A stretch of DNA of 64,000 nucleotides from Alphaproteobacteria bacterium (GTDB lineage Bacteria; Pseudomonadota; Alphaproteobacteria; JAJTHO01; CANGYM01): positions 13,381-77,380 of the forward strand of contig JBILRW010000003.1 of the NCBI GenBank assembly GCA_044372405.1, given 5' to 3'. Position 1 is the first letter of the stretch. The number at the start of each line of letters is the position of its first letter. The translations under genes were made by a program, and so were the position numbers. This document shows, piece after piece, positions 40,579 through 49,962 of the stretch. Below the pieces are notes generated by a model. That model saw only the letters and a program-made list of their open reading frames with translations. It was not told where the DNA came from and searched no databases.

Positions 40579-41526
40579 ATGTCCGTAATGCCGGCTGCCG
40601 TTTCCGTTCAGGGGGTTTCCCATGCCTTTGGGGGTCGTTCGGTGTTATCCAATGTTTCTTTTGATGTTAATATCGGCGATGTTTTGGGGTTTTTGGGACC
40701 CAATGGGGCCGGAAAATCCACAACCATGCGTATTGTGGCGGGATTTTTGCGCCCGAATACTGGCGCTGTTTCGATCATGGGCCAGGATGTTATGACATCC
40801 CCCGCGCTGTGGCGGCGGAAGTTGGGGTATTTGCCCGAAGGGGCCCCCATGTACGGGGAAATGACGGTTTATAATTTTTTGGGCTTCATTGCCGGATGCC
40901 ATGGGTTTTCGGGGGCTGATCGACGGGGCCGCGTTGAGCATGCCAGTGCTCTGGCCTATTTGTCGGATGTTTGGGATGTACGGGTTGAGGAACTCTCCAA
41001 GGGCTTTAAACGTCGCGTGGCCCTGGCGGCGGCTCTGCTGCATGATCCCTACGTGCTGGTTTTGGATGAACCCACGGACGGCCTCGACCCCAACCAAAAA
41101 CATGACCTGCGCGCTGTCATTCAGGATTTATCCAAAAACAAAGCCATTATTATTTCCACGCATATTCTGGAGGAAGTGGACGCCATTTGTTCCCGCCTGA
41201 TCCTGCTTAATCAAGGCAAAATTGTTGTGGATACAACGCCGGAGGCCCTGCGCCGCCAAACATCCCCCGGAACCCTGGTGCATTTAATTTTGGGATCCAA
41301 ATATCGCACCCGTTTTGAGGATAACGTCAAAAAACTGGCCTACACCACAGAAATTTCCGAAAAACCCACGGATCAAGAGGGTATGGTTAGTTTAACTCTG
41401 CACACCGAACGCCCCGATGCCCTGAAGGATATTCGGGAGATTTTAGAGCGCGAACGGATCCTGCCCCACCATTTTTCCCAAGGTGATGCCGACCTTCAAA
41501 ACATTTTCCGCCGTCTCACTGCTTAA
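40579..41526 (+). CDS. ABC transporter ATP-binding protein (GldA-like partner of the divergent ABC-2 permease)
   Basis: 315 aa with Walker A GPNGAGKST, signature LSKGFKRR, and Walker B LVLDEPT. Confidence 0.8.
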   Translation: MSVMPAAVSVQGVSHAFGGRSVLSNVSFDVNIGDVLGFLGPNGAGKSTTMRIVAGFLRPNTGAVSIMGQDVMTSPALWRRKLGYLPEGAPMYGEMTVYNFLGFIAGCHGFSGADRRGRVEHASALAYLSDVWDVRVEELSKGFKRRVALAAALLHDPYVLVLDEPTDGLDPNQKHDLRAVIQDLSKNKAIIISTHILEEVDAICSRLILLNQGKIVVDTTPEALRRQTSPGTLVHLILGSKYRTRFEDNVKKLAYTTEISEKPTDQEGMVSLTLHTERPDALKDIREILERERILPHHFSQGDADLQNIFRRLTA

Positions 41527-41535
41527 GGATTGCCC

Positions 41536-42643
41536 ATGACAACCATCAATCGTGACCTGTTAAGAGAACCCACAGCCGGCTGCCACCGGGCGTTGTCGTT
41601 ATTACGGAGGTCTCTTTGACAACGATCGCATCGAAGAGCGCCTGAAGGATTTAACGGAGCAATCCGAATCCCCCGACTTTTGGGCCGATCAAGCCACCGC
41701 CCAAAGGGTTTCCAGGGAAAAAGTGATGCTGGAAAAACGCCTGTCTACCTATCAGGGGGTTGTGCGGGATTTTGATGATGCCAACACTCTCCTTGCCATG
41801 GGGGAAGAAGAAAACGACGAAGCCACGTGGACGGAGGGTCAGATGGCTCTTTTGGCCCTGGAAAAAGAGCTTGCCCGTTTGGAATTAGAGGTTCTGTTAT
41901 CCGGCGATGCCGATGGTAATTCCTGTTATCTTTCGGTCAACGCCGGGGCGGGCGGGACCGAGGCCCAGGATTGGACCGAAATGATCCTGCGCATGTATAC
42001 GCGTTATGCGGAGCGGCGGGGCTATCGCTGCAGCCTGATGGAGGAATCCGCCGGTGAAGAAGCGGGCCTGAAATCTGCCACGATCCTTATTGAGGGTGAT
42101 TATGCCTATGGCTGGCTAAAGGGGGAAAGCGGCGTGCATCGCTTGGTACGCATTTCTCCCTTTGATTCGGGGGCCAGGCGTCACACCAGCTTTGGATCGG
42201 TATGGGTCAGCCCTGTTGTGGATGATACCATTGACATTGAAATTCTGGATAAAGATTTACGGGTGGATACGTTTCGCGCGTCAGGTTCGGGGGGGCAACA
42301 TGTCAATAAAACCGACAGTGCTATTCGCATCACGCACTTGCCCACGGGGATTGTGGTGCAATGCCAAAATGACCGGTCTCAGCATCGCAATCGGGATCAG
42401 GCTATGCAAATGCTGAAAGCCCGCCTGTACGAGCGAGAGCTGAAAAAACGGGAAGACGCCGCCAATGTTTTGGAGGCCGGCAAAACTGATATTGGCTTTG
42501 GTCATCAAATCCGCTCCTACGTCCTGCATCCTTATCAGATGATCAAAGACGTTAGGACGAGCGTTGAAACCTCTGATACACAAGGGGTTTTAGATGGAGA
42601 TATTGATAAATTTCTTGAAGCGAATTTAATGAGCAAAGTATGA
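41536..42643 (+). CDS. prfB: Peptide chain release factor 2 (programmed +1 ribosomal frameshift)
   Basis: Frame 0 from the ATG at 41536 reads MTTINRDLLREPTAGCHRALSLLRRSL and stops at TGA inside CTT TGA C (41614-41620), with GGAGG just upstream. The +1 frame continues DNDRIEERLKDL... into the 306-aa ORF, which carries the GGQ motif (SGSGGQHVNK). Confidence 0.9.
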
Positions 42644-44037
42644 CCACCCTCCTCTGGCTAAGGGATGATTTACGACTGCGAGATCACCCGGCCCTGAGGG
42701 AGGCGGCGGCCACCCAAGGCCCCCTGATTGTTCTTTATATCTTAGAAAATCATCCTTCGCTTCGCCCCCTGGGCGGGGCGTCGCGGTGGTGGTTGCATCA
42801 TAGTTTGGCCAGCCTGGGGGCCTCCTTGGCCGAAAAAGGACAAAAACTGATTTTGCGCTCGGGCAATCCTGAAACCATTTTACCCCAAATCATCCGGGAT
42901 CATCAGGTCCAGCGGGTGCTCTGGTCACGTCGGTATCATGCGCTTTCTCTGGATCGTGATTTGAAGTCAAGCCTAACATCCCTCGGCGTCACCGTAAAAA
43001 CCTTTAACAGTCATTTGCTGTTGGAGCCCTGGGACGCCTTAAAGGCCGACGGAACCCCCTACACCGTCTATACGCCGTTTTGGAAGAACTTGTTTTCAAA
43101 ACGAAATGATATTCCGTTACCTTTAGAGGAACCCTCCATCTTGCCCTCCCCTGTCCCTGGGTGTGCTTCGGAATCTTTAGCATCCTTACAGTTGCTACCG
43201 ACGCGGCCCGATTGGGCGGGGGGTCTTCGGGATCGATGGTCTGTGGGGGAAACGGCGGCGCAGCATCGTTGGAAGACCTTTTTCAGAGAAGGGCTGGGAC
43301 ACTATGGCGATGATCGGGATCGTCCGGATTTAGAGAAAACCTCCGGACTTTCTCCCCACCTGCGTTTTGGGGAAATCAGCATCCGCCAGCTCTGGCACGA
43401 AGCCTTAGAGGCCATGGAAAACGGGTGGACCCAGGCAGAAGTTTTTTTAAAGGAACTGGTTTGGCGCGAGTTTTCCTATAGTCTCCTCTACCATAACCCA
43501 ACTTTGGCAACGCATCCCTTTCGGCCTGAGTTTGCGGACTTTCCCTGGAATGATAGCCCTCTGCAGCTAAAGGCCTGGCAGCGGGGACAAACGGGGTACC
43601 CCATCGTGGATGCGGGTATGCGGGCATTGTGGCAAACAGGGTGGATGCATAATCGCGTTCGCATGGTGACGGCGTCTTTTTTAACGAAACATCTCCTCAT
43701 TCCCTGGCAACAGGGCGAAGCCTGGTTTTGGGATACCTTGGTGGATGCCGATTTCGCCAGCAATGCCGCCAGTTGGCAATGGGTGGCGGGATGCGGGGCC
43801 GATGCAGCCCCCTATTTCCGGATTTTTAACCCCATCCTTCAGGGGGAACGCTTTGATCCCGAAGGCGTCTATGTTAAACACTATGTGCCAGAACTCAAAA
43901 TCCTGAAAAATAATACGCTGCACAAACCCTGGGAAAGCCCCCTTGGCCTGGCGTATCCCGCCCCCCTTGTGGAGCATACAGAGGGTCGGGACAGGGCCTT
44001 AAAAGCCTATGAAGCCATCAAAAAATCCCCCTCATGA
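42640..44037 (+). CDS. phrB: Deoxyribodipyrimidine photolyase / cryptochrome family
   Basis: 465 aa with an N-terminal photolyase domain (LLWLRDDLRLRDHPAL) and a C-terminal FAD-binding domain (WMHNRVRM, NWQWVAG). ATGA overlaps with prfB and ntrY. Confidence 0.85.
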   Translation: MTTLLWLRDDLRLRDHPALREAAATQGPLIVLYILENHPSLRPLGGASRWWLHHSLASLGASLAEKGQKLILRSGNPETILPQIIRDHQVQRVLWSRRYHALSLDRDLKSSLTSLGVTVKTFNSHLLLEPWDALKADGTPYTVYTPFWKNLFSKRNDIPLPLEEPSILPSPVPGCASESLASLQLLPTRPDWAGGLRDRWSVGETAAQHRWKTFFREGLGHYGDDRDRPDLEKTSGLSPHLRFGEISIRQLWHEALEAMENGWTQAEVFLKELVWREFSYSLLYHNPTLATHPFRPEFADFPWNDSPLQLKAWQRGQTGYPIVDAGMRALWQTGWMHNRVRMVTASFLTKHLLIPWQQGEAWFWDTLVDADFASNAASWQWVAGCGADAAPYFRIFNPILQGERFDPEGVYVKHYVPELKILKNNTLHKPWESPLGLAYPAPLVEHTEGRDRALKAYEAIKKSPS

Positions 44038-46202
44038 GTATGAAATATCGCCTTTCCCTTCTCAAACAATGGCTGCGGAACAATCATCGTACCGTCTGGC
44101 GGGTGGTAACGTGGGTTTTGGTGGTTTTATCGTTGCTGGCTGTGGCAGGGACCATGGTCCTGTTTACATCAAACCCCCCGTTTGGGCCGTCCCCAAGATC
44201 CATTGTCCTGATGCTGGTGCTGGATACCACGCTTCTCCTTCTTTTGGCCGTGACCATCACCCGTCATTTGCTCCGTTTGAGGGAACGCCAGGGGGGATCC
44301 CGCCTGCATTCGCGCTTGGTGACCTTGTTTTCATCGGTGGCGGTTGTGCCGTCGGTGGTTGTGATTATTTTTTCGGTCCTTTTGCTGAACATGGGGATTG
44401 AAGAATGGTTTTCCAAACGGGTCCGAACGGCACTGAGCGCGTCTTTGGCCGTGGCAGAGGCCTATTTAGGGGAACACCAAAAAATCATTCAGGGCGATGT
44501 TAAAGCCATGGCCAATGACCTGAATCAAAATGCTTTTGATTTGATGGGAGATCCCCAAAAATTCGCCAATTTTTTACGGACACAATTATTATTGCGATCC
44601 CTAAGTGAGGTTACTGTTTTTGACAGCAATCAAACCATCATTGCCAGGGCAGGCTTGGTGGCAGATCGAGAGGCCCCCTTGTTGTTAACAAAAACGCTCT
44701 TAGATGAGGCACGAAAGGGGGACCTGGTCATCACCACCAATGCCGAAAGGGACCGCGTTTATGCCATTATCCAGTTGTCCCAATTTGTGGATGCGTTTTT
44801 GTATGTGGCGCGGCCCATTGATCCCCTGGTACTGAATCATACCCAAGCCACGAAAAAGGCCGCCCAGGCCTATCAGGCCGCCGATGCAAACCGGAGTTTT
44901 TTGCAATACGGCGTTCTGATTGTCATTGCCGTGGTGGGATTATTGCTGTTACTGGTGGCTGTTTCCGTCGGATTACGCCTGGCCGGAAAAATTGTCAACC
45001 CCATTCGCCAGTTGGCCACGGCTTCCCTGCAAATTCAGGCTGGCGAAATGAAGACCCGCGTGGCTATTCCCAAAGCAGATGATGAAATTAAGGATTTATC
45101 ATTAGCATTCAATACAATGATGGATTATATCGATGAGCAACGTGATGTTTTACTCGCCATGAACGAGGCCATGCAAGAGCGTCGTCATTTCATCGAAACC
45201 ATGTTCCAAACCTTATCCTCTGGCGTGATCGTTTTGGATTCAAAACAAAAAATTCAAATGATGAATATGCCAGCCAGAACATTTTTAGGGTGTGATCTTT
45301 TGGACCCTGTCTTAGACATAACATTAGAGCGCCTTTTACCAGAAATATTCCCCCTGCGGTCCGGGGAACACCAAATCACGCTGGAGCGCGCCGGTCGCAA
45401 ACGCAAACTCTTGGCCCGCATCGCCCATCAAAAGGATACCGGTGGCATGGTCATCAGCCTGGATGATATGACAGAACTGTCCCAGGCCCAGCGCGTGGCG
45501 GCCTGGTCCGATGTGGCCAAAACCCTGGCCCATGAAATTAAAAATCCCTTAACCCCTATTCAGTTATCCACCGAACGTCTGCAGCGTCGTTTCAATCGTC
45601 TGGATCTGGGCGATGCCGAAAAAACCATGCTTGCCGAATGTACGGCCACCATCCTGCGCCAAACGGATAATATCATTCGTTTGGTCAATGAATTTTCCTC
45701 CTTTGCCCGGATTCCCACGCCCCAAAAACGGGAGGAAAACCTGGGGGCCCTGGTGTCCGAGGTCTTGGCCCTGTACCAAAACAGCTACCCTTGGCTCACC
45801 ATAACCTTTTTAAAACTCGATGCCCCCGTTATGTTTTCGTGCGATGCGGGATTGATGCGTCAATTGCTGACCAATCTGGTTAAAAACGCCTTGGAATCCA
45901 TCCAGGAACGTCATGGAAACACCCCACAAATTGCGACGCTATCCTGTTTTTTAAAACACGATGAAACGGGGATTTTTCTTGTGATTGAAGATAATGGCAC
46001 AGGATTTGATACAGTCCATGATTTATCAACCTTTTTTCAGCCCTATCGCACAACAAAGGCCATGGGAACGGGCTTGGGGCTGTCCATTGTGCAAAAAATT
46101 GTTGACGAACACGGGGGGAACATCGCAGTGTCAAACATCTGTGACGCAGATGGTCAAACACAGGGGGCCCGTGTTGTTCTGACCTTCCCTTCTCAGCCCT
46201 AA
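44034..46202 (+). CDS. ntrY: Sensor histidine kinase NtrY
   Basis: 722 aa with N-terminal TM segments, HAMP and PAS, an H-box HEIKNPLTPIQL, and HATPase (DNGTGF, GTGLGL). Followed by ntrX. Confidence 0.8.
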   Translation: MSMKYRLSLLKQWLRNNHRTVWRVVTWVLVVLSLLAVAGTMVLFTSNPPFGPSPRSIVLMLVLDTTLLLLLAVTITRHLLRLRERQGGSRLHSRLVTLFSSVAVVPSVVVIIFSVLLLNMGIEEWFSKRVRTALSASLAVAEAYLGEHQKIIQGDVKAMANDLNQNAFDLMGDPQKFANFLRTQLLLRSLSEVTVFDSNQTIIARAGLVADREAPLLLTKTLLDEARKGDLVITTNAERDRVYAIIQLSQFVDAFLYVARPIDPLVLNHTQATKKAAQAYQAADANRSFLQYGVLIVIAVVGLLLLLVAVSVGLRLAGKIVNPIRQLATASLQIQAGEMKTRVAIPKADDEIKDLSLAFNTMMDYIDEQRDVLLAMNEAMQERRHFIETMFQTLSSGVIVLDSKQKIQMMNMPARTFLGCDLLDPVLDITLERLLPEIFPLRSGEHQITLERAGRKRKLLARIAHQKDTGGMVISLDDMTELSQAQRVAAWSDVAKTLAHEIKNPLTPIQLSTERLQRRFNRLDLGDAEKTMLAECTATILRQTDNIIRLVNEFSSFARIPTPQKREENLGALVSEVLALYQNSYPWLTITFLKLDAPVMFSCDAGLMRQLLTNLVKNALESIQERHGNTPQIATLSCFLKHDETGIFLVIEDNGTGFDTVHDLSTFFQPYRTTKAMGTGLGLSIVQKIVDEHGGNIAVSNICDADGQTQGARVVLTFPSQP

Positions 46203-46224
46203 CGACTTTGGTGGATCGTGGTTC

Positions 46225-47598
46225 ATGACAAAAGATATTTTAATCGTTGATGATGAAGCGGATATTTGTGATCAGCTAAGGGCGATTTTACAGGATGAAG
46301 GCTATACTGTCCGCACGGCCCGCAACAGCGAAGAAGCCGAACAGAAGGTTTCAGAGCGCATTCCCCACTTCATGATTCTTGATATCTGGTTGCAGGGGAG
46401 TGCTAAGGATGGCCTGGAACTCCTGATCTTTTTTAAATCTCACTATCCCACGCTGCCCATTGTGATGATGAGCGGTCATGCCACCATTGAAACGGCTGTT
46501 CAGGCCATTCACAAAGGGGCCGAGGATGTCATTGAAAAACCCTTTAAAACAGAAAAACTCCTTCATATTCTGGATCGGGTGTTTCAAATGGAGCATTTGC
46601 GCCAGGAAAATGCGCTTTTGAAAACACAAATGGTGTATCAAGACACCTTTATTGGCCATTCCCCTTTTCTTCAACAACTTCAAACAACGGTATCTAAGGT
46701 TGCGGCTTTGAATGCCCGTGTTTTTATTGCTGGGGCCCCAGGGACAGGAAAAACGATGCTGGCCCGGCATATGCATCATGCCTCACGACGGAAAGAGGGC
46801 CCCTTTGTTGTGGCTCACTGTAGCCTGCTACAGGATGATGCCCAAGTTGATCGACGCTTTTTTGGGGCAGAAACAACAGAACAGCACACTATTGGTTTTT
46901 TCGAACAGGCCCACGGGGGGACCCTCTTTTTGGATGAGGTTTCCGATTTGCCCCCCTCTTTTCAAGCCAAACTTGTTCGTTTCCTCCAAGATGGAAAATT
47001 TACCCGAATTGGGGGAGAGAGCCCCCTTCAGGTGGATGTTCGTATGATTGCCTCAACATCGAGGGACCCCAAAGAGGCTGTGGCCGATGGCGCTCTGCGC
47101 GAAGATCTGTACCACAGGTTAAACGTTGTCTTTATCCCCGTTTTGCCCCTGACCCAGCGTCGCGAGGATATTATCCCCCTGGCCCAGTATTTTATGCGCA
47201 CCTGCGCTGGGGTTCTGGGATTGCCCGAGCGACCCTTTTCCCAGGATGCCATGGCTGCCCTGCAATCCTATACCTGGCCCGGCAATATCAGGCAACTAAA
47301 GCACACCATCGAATGGCTGTTGATTATGGGCGCAGGGGGGATTCGAGAACCCATTACCGTGGATTTATTGCCCAAAGAAATCTATGAAACAGCCCCGCTG
47401 ATTTTACAAAGCGAAAGAAAGAGGGACCTGATGGAACTCACCCTGCGCGATGCCCGTGCTGTGTTTGAAAGAGAGTACTTGCAAGCCCAGCTGCTGCGTC
47501 ATAACGGCAACATTTCCCGCGTGGCCAATAACATTCGAATGGAACGCTCCGCCCTGCATCGAAAAATGAAAAGTTTAGGGCTGGATCATTGCGAATAA
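46225..47598 (+). CDS. ntrX: Sigma-54-interaction-domain response regulator NtrX (NtrC family)
   Basis: 457 aa with REC (ILIVDDEADI...DIWL), an AAA+ sigma-54 activator domain (GAPGTGKT, GAFTGA-like region) and a C-terminal HTH. Confidence 0.8.
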   Translation: MTKDILIVDDEADICDQLRAILQDEGYTVRTARNSEEAEQKVSERIPHFMILDIWLQGSAKDGLELLIFFKSHYPTLPIVMMSGHATIETAVQAIHKGAEDVIEKPFKTEKLLHILDRVFQMEHLRQENALLKTQMVYQDTFIGHSPFLQQLQTTVSKVAALNARVFIAGAPGTGKTMLARHMHHASRRKEGPFVVAHCSLLQDDAQVDRRFFGAETTEQHTIGFFEQAHGGTLFLDEVSDLPPSFQAKLVRFLQDGKFTRIGGESPLQVDVRMIASTSRDPKEAVADGALREDLYHRLNVVFIPVLPLTQRREDIIPLAQYFMRTCAGVLGLPERPFSQDAMAALQSYTWPGNIRQLKHTIEWLLIMGAGGIREPITVDLLPKEIYETAPLILQSERKRDLMELTLRDARAVFEREYLQAQLLRHNGNISRVANNIRMERSALHRKMKSLGLDHCE

Positions 47599-47644
47599 TC
47601 CCTCTACTATCCCCCCATCGTTCATTTTTGGTGAGAAACGCATC

Positions 47645-49042
47645 GTGAAACCTCTTCCTCCTCTTCGTATGTCTGGTGCGGAGGTTTTACCTATTGTCGA
47701 GGGTGGCAAGGGTATTTCCGTATCCAATGGGGAAAGTTCTGGCGCATGGGCTGCCGCCGGGGGTGTGGGGACCTTTTCAGGGGTCAATGCCGATTCCTAT
47801 GATGACAATGGCCGGGTGATACCCCAGATTTATCACGGAAAAACCCGCCGTCAACGCCATGAAGAGCTGATTGCCTACGCTATTCGCGGCGGCATCCACC
47901 AAGCCCAAATTGCCCATGATATGGCGGGGGACCGGGGCCGCTTGCATATGAATGTTTTATGGGAAATGGCGGCTACTGAACAAATTTTGCATGGTATTTT
48001 AGAAGGCGCCAAGGGCCTGATCCATGGCATTACCTGCGGCGCGGGCATGCCCTATCGGATTGCGGAAATTTCGGCGGGGTATGGACTTTACTATTATCCC
48101 ATTGTCTCTTCGGCGCGGGCTTTTAATGCCCTTTGGAAACGGGCCTATCAGAAATTCTCTGATTTTTTGGGGGGGGTTGTTTACGAAGATCCCTGGCGCG
48201 CCGGTGGTCATAATGGTCTGAGCAACAGTGAAAATCCCAATATCCCAGAGGACCCCTATCCCCGCGTGCGCGATTTGCGAACCCTGATGAATAGTGTTGG
48301 CTTGCACCACATCCCTATTATTATGGCGGGCGGTGTCTGGTATCTTCGGGAATGGGAGAGTTGGCTGGATAATCCCGAAATTGGGCCCATTGCGTTTCAG
48401 TTTGGAACGCGCCCTCTGCTGACCCAGGAAAGTCCCATTTCGGATCAATGGAAACAACGTCTGCTCAATCTAAAAGCCGGCGATGTTTATTTAAATAAGT
48501 TTAGTCCAACGGGATTTTATTCCTCTGCGGTTCATAATCGTTTTTTAGAAAATCTCAAAACCCGGTCCGAACGGCAAATGGCCTTTACGTCAGAGCCCTT
48601 TGCCGCCCATCACGTTCCTTTCGCCCACGGCGCCCGAAGTCGGGTTATTTATTTGACGGAAGAAGACAAAATCAAAGCCGATGCCTATGTGGCGTTAGGC
48701 TATACCGAGGTCCTAAAAACCCCCGATTCTACGGTGGTATTTGTCACCCCTGCCGAATCAGCCACGATTCGAGAAGATCAAATCAATTGCATGGGCTGCC
48801 TCAGCGCCTGCGCTTTCAGCAACTGGTCCCAAAATGAAGAAGGCACCACTGGAAAACGGGCCGATCCCCGGTCGTTCTGCATTCAAAAAACCCTGCAGGA
48901 CATCGCCCACGGGGGGGAAACTGAGGATCAGCTGATGTTCGCCGGCCATAACGCCTATCGTTTTGCTTCCGATCCCTTTTATCAAAACGGATTTATCCCC
49001 ACGGTTAAACAATTGGTTGATCGTATCGCGTCAGGCGATTGA
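47645..49042 (+). CDS. Nitronate monooxygenase (NMO/2-nitropropane dioxygenase) family FMN-dependent oxidoreductase, long form
   Basis: About 457-465 aa with NMO-like motifs LPIVEGGKGIS and ITCGAGMPY. The start is GTG at 47645 or ATG at 47669 (MSGAEVLPIV). The C-terminus is Cys-rich (CMGCLSACAFSNW). Confidence 0.55.
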   Translation: MKPLPPLRMSGAEVLPIVEGGKGISVSNGESSGAWAAAGGVGTFSGVNADSYDDNGRVIPQIYHGKTRRQRHEELIAYAIRGGIHQAQIAHDMAGDRGRLHMNVLWEMAATEQILHGILEGAKGLIHGITCGAGMPYRIAEISAGYGLYYYPIVSSARAFNALWKRAYQKFSDFLGGVVYEDPWRAGGHNGLSNSENPNIPEDPYPRVRDLRTLMNSVGLHHIPIIMAGGVWYLREWESWLDNPEIGPIAFQFGTRPLLTQESPISDQWKQRLLNLKAGDVYLNKFSPTGFYSSAVHNRFLENLKTRSERQMAFTSEPFAAHHVPFAHGARSRVIYLTEEDKIKADAYVALGYTEVLKTPDSTVVFVTPAESATIREDQINCMGCLSACAFSNWSQNEEGTTGKRADPRSFCIQKTLQDIAHGGETEDQLMFAGHNAYRFASDPFYQNGFIPTVKQLVDRIASGD

Positions 49043-49063
49043 TTTATAAAAACAAAAAAGGAT

Positions 49064-49939
49064 TTGTTTATGTGGTGGATTTACGCCCTGTTGGCGGGCG
49101 TTAGCTTTGCTGGATACCTTTTATCCACGGGATTATCCCAGACATCGGCCAAAGTGCTCTCGCTCTATCGGGGGGTGGGGGCTATGGTTGTTTTTGGTCC
49201 TTTGGCCTTTTTTGTCACCATGCCCCGGGATATCTATTTTTATGTTTTGTCCGCCGTTGTGGGCTTTGTGGTCTTGGTTTTGGATTTTCTGATGTTCTGG
49301 GCGGCGCAGCGGTATGGGGCGGGAACGGTGGGACGCCTGACGCCTGTGGGTATTGCCTTTATTTTTTTGGGATGGGTTGTTTACGATCCTGCCTATCGGG
49401 ATTTGATGATTCAGTGGCCTTTGTGGCGGTCTCTGGGGGTTGTTTTTTTCTTAATGGGGGGGATTGTGTGTCTGTCCTCTATGCGGCACGATCCCATTGC
49501 CCGCAGTGCGATTAAGGCCTGTCTTGGCATTGCTGCGTTGGGGGCCTTCATTGATGCGGCCAGCAAAGTCGTCCTGGATTATGGCACTTTGCCGGATATT
49601 GCCCTGGCGTATATGTCTGCGGCCAGCATCGCCGCTGGCATCACCAGTCTTTTCAGTTATTTTCTCTTCATGCGGGATGTGCCCATGAAGGATATGTTTT
49701 CCCGCTCGGCTCTTATCGGCGGCGCATTGCTCCTTCTTTCCCTGGCGGGGCTTATCCTCTTTAAAATGTATGCCATGCGGGACGTCACCAACCCCTCTTA
49801 CGTTGTGGCGCTGATTTGCACAGCCCCTTTGTGGATTACGCTTTATAATAAAATGACCAAAACACCAGATCCGACAGATCTCAGGGCCGGTTTCGCCTTT
49901 GTTGTGTGCATGATTGGCCTGGTTTTGTTGTCGGCATAA
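49064..49939 (+). CDS. Polytopic inner-membrane protein (DMT/EamA-like, uncertain)
   Basis: 291 aa with about 9 predicted TM helices and no catalytic motif. Confidence 0.45.
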   Translation: MFMWWIYALLAGVSFAGYLLSTGLSQTSAKVLSLYRGVGAMVVFGPLAFFVTMPRDIYFYVLSAVVGFVVLVLDFLMFWAAQRYGAGTVGRLTPVGIAFIFLGWVVYDPAYRDLMIQWPLWRSLGVVFFLMGGIVCLSSMRHDPIARSAIKACLGIAALGAFIDAASKVVLDYGTLPDIALAYMSAASIAAGITSLFSYFLFMRDVPMKDMFSRSALIGGALLLLSLAGLILFKMYAMRDVTNPSYVVALICTAPLWITLYNKMTKTPDPTDLRAGFAFVVCMIGLVLLSA

Positions 49940-49962
49940 CAGCGCTTCTGTCTTGACCCCCC

